Part shown: positions 10,322-19,040 of the stretch, piece by piece
Numbering within the stretch: position 1 is the first letter of the stretch
Layout: every line of letters starts with the position of its first letter
Assembly: GCA_964525635.1 (NCBI GenBank)
Contig: CAZGJX010000053.1
Location: 1 to 27,643, forward strand
Direction of reading: 5' to 3'
DNA from: an uncultured archaeon
Lineage (GTDB): Archaea > Asgardarchaeota > Lokiarchaeia > Sigyniarchaeales > SOKP01
DNA length: 27,643 bases
Notes under the pieces: model-generated
The model's database searches: none
The model's input: only the letters and a program-made list of their open reading frames with translations
What the model was told of the DNA's origin: nothing
Made by a program: the position numbers and the translations under genes

Positions 10322-10600
10322 ATGGAGAAAGAAAAATTAAACTCCAAAAATAGTATAATAAAGCTAATCAAAAAAGCTATAGAACTATTATGTGAAAAAA
10401 ATATTTCAGAAGTAGTAATTCTATCATCCTATAAAATATCATCTATATTAAATGATAATTTTGGTATTAATATAAAGACTGACAAGATTGGCAGAGTTTT
10501 AAGTAATTTAGCTAAGAGAAATGAGTTAAAAAGATTAAATACAAACATTCCAAAATATAAATTACAAATATCTCGAGTACCATATCTGAAGTTCTTTTAA
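10322..10600 (+). CDS. Small basic winged-helix-like hypothetical protein
   Basis: 92 aa, Lys-rich. LSSYKISSIL..IKTDKIGRVLSNLAKRNELKR..PKYKL resembles a wHTH with a wing. Confidence 0.5.
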   Translation: MEKEKLNSKNSIIKLIKKAIELLCEKNISEVVILSSYKISSILNDNFGINIKTDKIGRVLSNLAKRNELKRLNTNIPKYKLQISRVPYLKFF

Positions 10601-10630
10601 ATTTATTGAAGAAGAAAATAACTTATTATA

Positions 10631-11974
10631 TTATAATTTCCTAAGTATTGAAAGATGATCTTCTAACTTTTTAAGCTTTTCATCCATCTCCGAATATGCA
10701 CTTTCAATATTATTTATTTCTGTGTTCAATAAATTAATTTGATTTGTATTTTCTGTTCTTTTTTCATCTATTGTTTCTTTTATTTTTATTGAGATTTTTT
10801 CTGACATTTCTCTGATATTATTTTCAAGTTTTAAATGCATTTCTGATAGTTTTTGAAATTTTTCTTTATTTGTAATATTTATATTCTGTAAATTGCTTAC
10901 TTTTTCATTAATTTTATTAATTGTCTGTCCAAATTGTTCACTATAATTCTCGGAATTCTCTTTAATCATTTCAACAATATCATTTAGCATTTGTTTTTGC
11001 TTGTTGTTGAGATTATTGATAAATTCTTTTTGACTCTCAATCCTTTGATCAATAGAATTTGAAATAGATTCCCTAAATATATTAGTTAAATCACCTATTT
11101 CTTTATTAAACCAAGTTTTAATCTTAACCATTCCAGAAGAAATATTTTCTTCCATTTGAATTAGGATTTCTAATAATTTGTAGTTTCCATTTAAACAATT
11201 ATTACTTATATCTTCCATCCAATTAGAGATATCTCCCTCAATAAGATCACTAACATTGTTTAAAAATGATGTACTGGCTTTTTGAAGTTTATCTTGAAAA
11301 GATGAATCCTTTTCAATAGTCTCTTCTTCAATAATAGGTATTTCCTGCAAGTCTTTAGGCTTTATTTCAGATATTTCTTCTATTTCTTTAATTAAAATAG
11401 GATTATTTTTGTAAAAATCTTCAGCAAATTTTTGTATCCATTTAAAATATTCTAATGTGTTTGGTAATTCAATTTTATAATTAATTGTCTCATATTTATC
11501 AAAATCTGCTTTTTTATAATCTAAAAGTCTATAAATTTTAAATCCAAAATTATTTTCACTATCCAATAATGTTGGATCACAAACAATACAGAAGGCTTTT
11601 GGTTTTTTATTATTTTGAATACATAAATGACTTTGAATATCCTGACTTCTCCATTCTAATCCATTTGATGGATGAGATATATACCATCCTTTAATTTCAA
11701 GATTTTGTTCTTTATAATTTTCTTCAATCTTTTTGATTAAATCTATATAACTTTGAGACATTCCTATATGAATATCATGTCCATGTGATATTGGAATAGC
11801 ATTTATTATTTTTTCATTTCCATCTTCATTTTTATTTCCCAAACAATAACCTATAGTTTCATATTTTTTTTCTAAAGATTCATGGCCAAATCTAAGTATA
11901 TGTGTAATCATATTCCTAAATGCTTCTTTTGCAATAAAAATCTCATTATTTATTATATTACTTTCATTCATCAT
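10631..11974 (-). CDS. JAB/MPN-domain protein with degenerate JAMM motif (predicted MPN-) and long C-terminal coiled coil
   Basis: N-terminal MPN: MITHILRFG, ETIGYCLG, AIPISHG, GWYISHPSNGLEWRSQD. The first JAMM His is Ile and the conserved Ser position is Arg. About 230 aa of helical/heptad tail follow. Confidence 0.8.
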   Translation of the reverse strand: MMNESNIINNEIFIAKEAFRNMITHILRFGHESLEKKYETIGYCLGNKNEDGNEKIINAIPISHGHDIHIGMSQSYIDLIKKIEENYKEQNLEIKGWYISHPSNGLEWRSQDIQSHLCIQNNKKPKAFCIVCDPTLLDSENNFGFKIYRLLDYKKADFDKYETINYKIELPNTLEYFKWIQKFAEDFYKNNPILIKEIEEISEIKPKDLQEIPIIEEETIEKDSSFQDKLQKASTSFLNNVSDLIEGDISNWMEDISNNCLNGNYKLLEILIQMEENISSGMVKIKTWFNKEIGDLTNIFRESISNSIDQRIESQKEFINNLNNKQKQMLNDIVEMIKENSENYSEQFGQTINKINEKVSNLQNINITNKEKFQKLSEMHLKLENNIREMSEKISIKIKETIDEKRTENTNQINLLNTEINNIESAYSEMDEKLKKLEDHLSILRKL

Positions 11975-13489
11975 TTATTCCCCCTTGTTTGCTTTTTCTA
12001 TTTGTTGTTTAAGTTTAATATTTTCATTCCTTAAATCTTCTGTTTGTTTTTCTAAATTCTTCTTATTTACATTTGATTCATCTAATTTTTTTTTAAGATT
12101 TTGATTTTCATTATTTAAGGTATTTAGTCTATCTTTTAATGATTCTAATTGATCTTTTATATTTATTTTAAAAGCTTCTAAATTTGAATTTATTTTTTTC
12201 GACCTTTTAGCGAGATTAGTTATATTCTCATATGAATTTTTATATTCTTTTTTATATTGTCTCTGAACTTCTTCATAATAATCTTTTAAATCATTAATTA
12301 TCTTATTTTGAATAGAATCACTCAATTTATATAATTCATCAAGAGACTCTTTTTGTTTATTTATTTTATTTGATAATTCAGAGTTAATATTTTCAATATC
12401 TTCAATTTTTGTCATACTATTTTTAGATAAAGAAATTAACTTTTCCTCCAATTCACTCTTTATAATATTTAAAGAATTATTTAACTCTGTTTTCGTTTTA
12501 TCTTCTAAGGAATCAATTGAATTATTAATGTTGTTAATATTTTTATCTAATACCTCGAATCTATCCTCTATATAATAATCTAAACTATTCAAGTTAGTTT
12601 CTAATGAATTCTTCAGGAAATTTTGTATTTCTTCTATCTTTATACCGAGTGTATTTTTTAATCTTAATTGAATTTCTTTCATTGATAAATTGAGATTTAT
12701 TATTTCCCGTCCTATATTTCGAATCCATTTGTTAAATTTAATAATTAAAGAATTCAATATTGTGTCTATTAATCCTGAAATTCCAGATTTTATCGTATCA
12801 GTAATCTTTATTGGATCTAAGTCTGGTATTTTTACCATCAGCTGGTTGTCATTTGGAAAATCAATTTCCCCAAATATTTGTGGTTTTTCATTTATTTCTA
12901 GAATGGGTGGCTCCTTAGTATGAATACTTTCAATTACTTTTACCATTTTATCATAAAAATCAAGTGATTCGGGACTTTCAACTATTGTGTTCACTTCATG
13001 ATAGTTTGATAAATCACCTCTATTAGGATCATCAAGTCTAAATGTCCTAAACCCTAAGTCTCCAGGTTTTTCTAAATAATTATGGTCAAATACCATTCCA
13101 ATAGCACTTCGGTTCGCTGATTGCCAACCTAGTTGATTTCTTATATCTGTACTAGAGAAAAATATGTCTAATCCTGGATGACTATGATACCATCCAACTG
13201 TAAACCAATTCTTTTTAGCAAATTTTTCGTCAACTAATGAAAAAGATACATAGTCAGTAGGAGCAAAAGTCACTTCTATCGAACCTCCATGAGATATTGG
13301 CACAGCATCTTCGATGATAACATCCTGAATTTTATTATTTCCTTCTAAATGTCCAATTAACATTCCCATTACTTCCTTATATTGATTTCTCGGACGAGTT
13401 TTTGAACCAAATCTCAATACATGAAGTAACATCTTATAATAGGCAATAGGTTTGATTTTCACAATCGCGTTATCACTATAATTAGACAT
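11975..13489 (-). CDS. JAB/MPN+ (JAMM) metalloprotease with long C-terminal coiled coil
   Basis: EVMGMLIG and GWYHSHPGLDIFFSSTD form an intact E...HxHx7Sx2D motif, followed by a ~280-aa helical tail ending in clear heptads. Start placed at the ATG at 13489, preceded by an SD-like GAGGT; the ORF track starts at 13501. Confidence 0.88.
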   Translation of the reverse strand: MSNYSDNAIVKIKPIAYYKMLLHVLRFGSKTRPRNQYKEVMGMLIGHLEGNNKIQDVIIEDAVPISHGGSIEVTFAPTDYVSFSLVDEKFAKKNWFTVGWYHSHPGLDIFFSSTDIRNQLGWQSANRSAIGMVFDHNYLEKPGDLGFRTFRLDDPNRGDLSNYHEVNTIVESPESLDFYDKMVKVIESIHTKEPPILEINEKPQIFGEIDFPNDNQLMVKIPDLDPIKITDTIKSGISGLIDTILNSLIIKFNKWIRNIGREIINLNLSMKEIQLRLKNTLGIKIEEIQNFLKNSLETNLNSLDYYIEDRFEVLDKNINNINNSIDSLEDKTKTELNNSLNIIKSELEEKLISLSKNSMTKIEDIENINSELSNKINKQKESLDELYKLSDSIQNKIINDLKDYYEEVQRQYKKEYKNSYENITNLAKRSKKINSNLEAFKINIKDQLESLKDRLNTLNNENQNLKKKLDESNVNKKNLEKQTEDLRNENIKLKQQIEKANKGE

Positions 13490-13746
13490 ACGACCTCTCA
13501 TTCTTAGATCACTTTTTCTTATTATTTAGGATATTAATTTTTGTTCTATATATTTATTCAAATCTTATAAATTTTCTAAAAAAAAATATGACTTTTTTTA
13601 ATTTTTACGAAAACAATGTGGTTATTAATTTTATTTTTTAGTTGTTTTAATAATTATCCATATTGTTTAATTTTTAAATTGATTTATATAGTTGGTTCAT
13701 ATTTAGATAATTAAAATAAATGAAAAATAATATCAAGATTATTTAA

Positions 13747-14370
13747 TCACTTATGCGGAAGTGGTTTTCCACAATAAGGGCAAAATTTCCAGTCTATATC
13801 CTTTCCGCAAAAGGGGCAGAATGTCGATTCAGGAGAATTTATTGAAGCACCACTAGGAATTGATGGTAAATTTCTTCGTGAGTGAATAGTTCCTGTGCTT
13901 TCCTCTGCTTGAAAGGAAGTAAATCTTTCTTGAAATGCTTTACGTTTTGAATCTTCGCTAATAGATTGAGGTGCTTGATCTTCTGACCAACCACTAGTTC
14001 TTGGTCTTTTTAATTCATTTTCAGGTACTCTTTCTAATTCTACATCCTTTGTTTCAGAAATAGGAGCGATAAACTTTTGTTTATCCTTATTTTGTATAGC
14101 TTGTTTTACTAATGCTTGTGTTGTTTTCATAACTTGATGTGGATTAATATTTGGAATTGCAACTGTCCTTAGTACCCACCCTACAACAAGATTTTGATTG
14201 GGAAATCCACCTTGAGAATCTTCATCCTTATAAATATATGAATCAATTATATCTTTACCCTTTAAAATTCTACTTGCCCATTTTTCATTAATGAGCCCTA
14301 ATTGAAGACGATAAGAAGTACCAGGAATTCCTAATTGGCTTGTTAATGGGTTAAAACCTTTTTCAGTCAA
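13747..14370 (-). CDS. Hypothetical protein with C-terminal zinc ribbon (two CxxC)
   Basis: Globular N-terminal region, low-complexity linker and C-terminal CPFCGKDIDWKFCPYCGKPLP. The probable start is the TTG at 14370 behind an SD-like GAGGG (14378-14382). The 30 extra codons in the ORF track look like AT-rich intergenic sequence. Confidence 0.7.
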   Translation of the reverse strand: MTEKGFNPLTSQLGIPGTSYRLQLGLINEKWASRILKGKDIIDSYIYKDEDSQGGFPNQNLVVGWVLRTVAIPNINPHQVMKTTQALVKQAIQNKDKQKFIAPISETKDVELERVPENELKRPRTSGWSEDQAPQSISEDSKRKAFQERFTSFQAEESTGTIHSRRNLPSIPSGASINSPESTFCPFCGKDIDWKFCPYCGKPLPHK

Positions 14371-14595
14371 ATTATTTCCCTCATAAAAAGATATTTTTTT
14401 ATAAATATAAAGAATTATTGAATATAAATAGATTTTGCAAAAATTAACCAAAGAATACATCTAACAAAATTAAACTCTTTAATTTATATTTTATTATAGT
14501 AAAAAATGTCCTAAGCATTCTAATTCTTCGAAAAATAAAAGTATAAATAAAAAATCTTTTATTAACTATTTAAAAATTTCTCTCGTCTTAATAAT

Positions 14596-15546
14596 ATGAC
14601 CGTTATCATACCTAAAAAGGTTTACCAGACAATTGTAGCAGCAGTAGTTAGATTTGCTAATGTAAAAATTCCTTTTGATGACTGGCTTGAAGTTTATGGT
14701 GTATTCATTGGTAAAAATGAAGGAAATGATGTAATTATTTCACAAGCTTTCCCAATTTGTCATCAAGAAAAGAATCCAGAGGACGTAATCGACAAGGTAT
14801 ACTGGAATGACGAGGATTATGAAAGCTTTAGCATTATAGATGATGAAGCGTTCAATCGGGGTGAGTTTACGGTCGGTTGGTGGCATAGCCATCCAGGATT
14901 TAAGGTAATGATGTCACAGCTCGATGTAAAAACAACTCTTTCTTATCAACAATTCAATCCTAAAGCTGTTTCTTTAGTATTTAATCCAACCCGTCTTTTA
15001 AGACAAATTGAACTTCCAGATAAAAAAGGTAATCCAGTTAAACAATTAAAAAATGATCCTGGTTTTAAGATCTATAGATTAGATGATGTAAATGCAGGAA
15101 TTCAAGCATCATACCATGAAGTAGATTATACCGTTCAAGGATATGAAAGTATGGAGCAAATAGTAAAATTAAATCAGAAGTTTGTAATTGACATTACTAA
15201 TCTCTTTCCTCATAATAAGATTTATCAAACTTATCAGAAATATGTAGATGATAAAATTAAAGAATTGAACTCAAGAATATTGGGTACAGAAGAATATTTA
15301 ATAACCTTAGTTCGTCAAGGTGAGAGTAGTAGAACTAAAGAGGTTCTTGAAAGCCAAATTAAGGATATAAAAAGGTTTATAGCTACAACTTATATGAATA
15401 TTGAAATGATAAAAGAATTCATGGATTATTTAGAATATAAAGAAAGAGACATAATTATTCCTAAAGTAAAGGATATTTTGGCAAATTGGGATGAATCTAT
15501 TACTAAATTAAATAAAAAATTCGAAGAACTAGAAAACAAATTTTAA
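14596..15546 (+). CDS. JAB/MPN+ (JAMM) metalloprotease, Rpn11/CSN5-like, with C-terminal helical region
   Basis: EVYGVFIG and GWWHSHPGFKVMMSQLD form an intact JAMM motif, followed by SYQQFNPKAVSLVFNP and a ~130-aa helical C-terminus. Confidence 0.88.
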   Translation: MTVIIPKKVYQTIVAAVVRFANVKIPFDDWLEVYGVFIGKNEGNDVIISQAFPICHQEKNPEDVIDKVYWNDEDYESFSIIDDEAFNRGEFTVGWWHSHPGFKVMMSQLDVKTTLSYQQFNPKAVSLVFNPTRLLRQIELPDKKGNPVKQLKNDPGFKIYRLDDVNAGIQASYHEVDYTVQGYESMEQIVKLNQKFVIDITNLFPHNKIYQTYQKYVDDKIKELNSRILGTEEYLITLVRQGESSRTKEVLESQIKDIKRFIATTYMNIEMIKEFMDYLEYKERDIIIPKVKDILANWDESITKLNKKFEELENKF

Positions 15547-15547
15547 T

Positions 15548-15715
15548 TTAACATTCATGTTCAGAATAACAAGCATCACAGTAATTTTCTTTACATTTAT
15601 CACATTGAATCGCACATACATCACATATCATATTACCACATTTCTCACATGAATAAATTTCATCAAATTCTTCATTTTCTCCACAATTACTACACAATGC
15701 ATATTTTTTAGTCAT
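15548..15715 (-). CDS. 55-aa Cys-rich zinc-finger protein (five CxxC plus terminal HxC); absent from ORF track
   Basis: Translated by hand: MTKKYALCSNCGENEEFDEIYSCEKCGNMICDVCAIQCDKCKENYCDACYSEHEC*. ATG at 15715, TAA at 15550-15548. Confidence 0.85.
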   Translation of the reverse strand: MTKKYALCSNCGENEEFDEIYSCEKCGNMICDVCAIQCDKCKENYCDACYSEHEC

Positions 15716-15980
15716 AATTCAATTATAATCATATTTATTAGTTTATGAAACATCATCAATTTCAAAATTAAAATTTTATTATTTTTTATTTATTAATGAT
15801 ATTATCTGGATAATTAATGTTATATCAGATAATTTGCATGATGTGCTATCTTTTCAATTAAAAAAAGATGATATCAATGAGATAAAAGATATCAATTTTA
15901 TATATAGTTTAAATAAAATTATATAAGAATAATAAATTAATAAAAATATTAAATTAAAAAAATAAAAAATAGTAATTAAT

Positions 15981-18818
15981 ATGTTGAGAAATAGTAAAAA
16001 ATTTTACTTAAAATCACTAATCATATCAATATTATTTATGAATATTTTAGTGGTGGCATCATTTAATATCCATATATTTGGAAATAACTCGCAAGAAATA
16101 ACCTATGAAAATTATAGTATCAAAAAAATTAAAAATAATGCTGAACCAATACAATCTGAGAAATTAGCTACTTATTATAATGGCAGTGGTAGAGCTTATG
16201 ACGTATTTGTCTCGGGTGATGTAGCATATATAGCTGATTATAGTGATGGTTTGGAGTTTGTTAATATATCTAATCCTTCTCAACCTGAAGTAATAGGAGG
16301 AATTGATGTAGGTGTACCAGTCTATGGAGTGTTTATATCAGGCGATGTAGCCTATATAGCATGTGGAAGTGGTGGTTTAAAAATAGTTAATATTAGTGAT
16401 CTATATGATCCATTTGAGTTAGGTAGTTATGATGATGATATTAATGAAAGGGGTGCTTATAGAGTTTATGTTGAGGGCCATATTGCTTATGTTGCAGATA
16501 GAGAGGATGGACTTGAACTTATAGATATAAGTAATCCATATTTACCTATTGAAGTAGGTCAATATAGTGATCTTAATAATAATACTTATGATGTATGTGT
16601 TTCTGGTACTTTTGCATATGTAGCAGATGGGAATGATGGAGTAGAAATTATAGATATAAGTGATCCACAACAACCTAAGAAGATTGGACAATATTTTGAC
16701 AGTTATAACAATACTAGAAGTGTTAGCCTCTCTGGAACCAAATTATATGTTGCTGATTTTTATAGTGGAGTTGAAATTATAGATATAAGCAATCCTTATA
16801 ATCCTATTAAAATAGCAGAATACTCAAATATATTAGCTGAAGATATCTTCATTTTTGGAAATACAGGATATTTCTTAGATCATTCTGAAGGTTTTGATAT
16901 TGTTGACATAAGTAATTCAAGTGATATGACAAAATTAGGTGGATATAATGTAGTTGGCGAATTATTTTCAATTTTTTTCTCTAATAATATAGTTTATGCA
17001 GCAGTTCATATAAAAGGAGTAGAAATTGTTAATGTTACTTCGATTGAGGGTCGATGGAATATTCCAGAGGAAATTGGGCATTTTGATGATGTTGATGGAG
17101 AATCAATGGATTTATACGTATGGGATAATTATGTTTATATTGCAGATCTGGATGGAGGATTGGAAATTATTAATATAACAGATCCAACTCAACCAGTAGA
17201 AGCAGGACAATACTATGATGGTAGTGGAACAGCAAGGGATGTAGTTGTATCAAATAATATTGCTTATGTTGCTGATTATAGTGATGGCCTAGAAATTATA
17301 AATGTCACTGATCCAACAAATGCAACTGGAAGTTTTAGAGAAATAGGTTATTATCAGGACGGGGATGGAGGAGGTGTTGTACGTGGTGTATATGTGTCTG
17401 GAAATTTTGCTTATATTACAGATGGTGGAAATTTAGAAATTATAAATATAACAGATCCAACAAATCCAACTGAAATAGGACAATGCGCTGTTTCGGGTTC
17501 ATATGATATAGAAGTAGTTGGAAATTTCGCTTTTGTTTCATGTTGGAGTTATGATTTAAGGATTGTTGATATTAGAGATCCAACTAATCCTAAATTGGTT
17601 GGTGAATTAGATAATGGAGGTTCTAATTGGAAATTATCAGTTTTTGGAGATTATCTATATCTGGCTGATCATAGTACAGGTCTTGAAATAATAGATATAA
17701 GTAATCCATATGAACCTGAGTGGGTATTGGAAGTATTTAATGAGGGTATTCAAGATGCTCGAGATGTTTTCCCATTTGGAAATATTGCCTTTTTCGCTGA
17801 TGGAGTTGATGGAGTAGAATATATTGATATAAGTGTACCTTCTAATGTTTCAAGATCACATCAAACTAATCAATATAGTGTTGCTGTATATGTTGATAAT
17901 AATTATATATATCAAGTTTCATTAGCAGGAGGATTTTACATTTTTGATAATGGTTATATAAATCCATATAGAACATATAGTGATAGTGATGAGTTGAGTG
18001 ATGGTGAAGAGATCTTTATTTATGGAACCGATCCTGATGATTGGGATTCTGATGATGATGAATTGAGTGATTCAGATGAAATAATTTGGAATACTGATCC
18101 AAATAATTGGGATGATGATGGAGATTTAATGCCAGATGGGTGGGAAGTTAATAATGAATTAAATCCAAAAATAGATGATGCAGATGAAGATTTTGATTTA
18201 GATGGTCTTACTAACATATTTGAGTATAATTATGGAGGTCTCTTTGCAAATAATAGTGATAGTGATGGTGATGGAATGCCAGATGGGTGGGAACTTCAAA
18301 ATAGCTTGAATCCTATATTTGATGACGCGGGTCAAGATCCCGATACTGACGGTCTTATTAATGTAGAAGAATATAATCATGGAACTCTTCCTCAAAATGA
18401 TGATTGTGATAATGATGGATACAATGATGGCGCTGAGGTAAATGCTGGTACAGATCCATGGAATCCAGATAGTCACCCTGGACAGATCAGTCCAGAATTT
18501 CCATGGTATATTCAAGCAATCTTGGGTGGAATTATAAGTGCTTCTGTTGGTATCGCAATAAAAGTATCATATAGTAGATTTAAGAAAAGGCAGGAATTGC
18601 TTAATAGAATGTTATTTCGAATAAAAAAGATTGATAATATCGAAGTATTTCTAAAAGAAAAATTAGGTTATAAAGAATGGCTAAAGCTTAAGGAACCATT
18701 AGAGCTATATCAAAACAGAGAAATTGATAGTAAAGCACTTATAAAACAAGGTAAAAAAGAAGTTGGAGATAAATTTATTGACGCATTTTTAGAGAAACAT
18801 GATCATGATTATAAATAA
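15981..18818 (+). CDS. Cell-surface protein: LVIVD-repeat beta-propellers, Ca-binding DxDxDG repeats, single TM helix and cytoplasmic tail
   Basis: N-terminal hydrophobic signal, 14 repeats of type V.V.G..AY.AD...GLEII.IS.P..P, and 7 acidic repeats (e.g. DSDGDGMPDGWE). TM segment WYIQAILGGIISASVGIAIKV, then a ~80-aa charged tail. Confidence 0.85.
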   Translation: MLRNSKKFYLKSLIISILFMNILVVASFNIHIFGNNSQEITYENYSIKKIKNNAEPIQSEKLATYYNGSGRAYDVFVSGDVAYIADYSDGLEFVNISNPSQPEVIGGIDVGVPVYGVFISGDVAYIACGSGGLKIVNISDLYDPFELGSYDDDINERGAYRVYVEGHIAYVADREDGLELIDISNPYLPIEVGQYSDLNNNTYDVCVSGTFAYVADGNDGVEIIDISDPQQPKKIGQYFDSYNNTRSVSLSGTKLYVADFYSGVEIIDISNPYNPIKIAEYSNILAEDIFIFGNTGYFLDHSEGFDIVDISNSSDMTKLGGYNVVGELFSIFFSNNIVYAAVHIKGVEIVNVTSIEGRWNIPEEIGHFDDVDGESMDLYVWDNYVYIADLDGGLEIINITDPTQPVEAGQYYDGSGTARDVVVSNNIAYVADYSDGLEIINVTDPTNATGSFREIGYYQDGDGGGVVRGVYVSGNFAYITDGGNLEIINITDPTNPTEIGQCAVSGSYDIEVVGNFAFVSCWSYDLRIVDIRDPTNPKLVGELDNGGSNWKLSVFGDYLYLADHSTGLEIIDISNPYEPEWVLEVFNEGIQDARDVFPFGNIAFFADGVDGVEYIDISVPSNVSRSHQTNQYSVAVYVDNNYIYQVSLAGGFYIFDNGYINPYRTYSDSDELSDGEEIFIYGTDPDDWDSDDDELSDSDEIIWNTDPNNWDDDGDLMPDGWEVNNELNPKIDDADEDFDLDGLTNIFEYNYGGLFANNSDSDGDGMPDGWELQNSLNPIFDDAGQDPDTDGLINVEEYNHGTLPQNDDCDNDGYNDGAEVNAGTDPWNPDSHPGQISPEFPWYIQAILGGIISASVGIAIKVSYSRFKKRQELLNRMLFRIKKIDNIEVFLKEKLGYKEWLKLKEPLELYQNREIDSKALIKQGKKEVGDKFIDAFLEKHDHDYK

Positions 18819-19040
18819 ATATAAAAATTATTGATTTTTTACTTTTTTCTTCTTTTTATTTTTAAAATAATTTTATTTTTCAATTTGAAATTAATAAATT
18901 ATTAATTTTGTTTTTTTTAATTACATATTGGAATTAAGTTAGATTATTAATTTTATATAAACTTATTTTCTCTGTGTCAGCAATTTTAATTTCTATTAAA
19001 TATTTTAATTTAATAAAAACAACAAATCAAGTTAATTAGA

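Noticed and set aside
14371-14460. N-terminal 30 codons of the 237-aa ORF
   Set aside because: Composition resembles AT-rich intergenic DNA, and an SD-preceded TTG at 14370 is a better start.
10631-15546. Interpretation of the JAB genes as a CBASS or other anti-phage ubiquitin-like defence system
   Set aside because: No CD-NTase, E1/E2, ubiquitin-like or effector gene is nearby, and the JAB domains resemble Rpn11/CSN5 types with helical tails.
16180-18480. Repetitive DNA in the LVIVD and acidic repeat region considered as a CRISPR or tandem-repeat locus
   Set aside because: The repeats are degenerate, in frame and fully explained by protein repeats.
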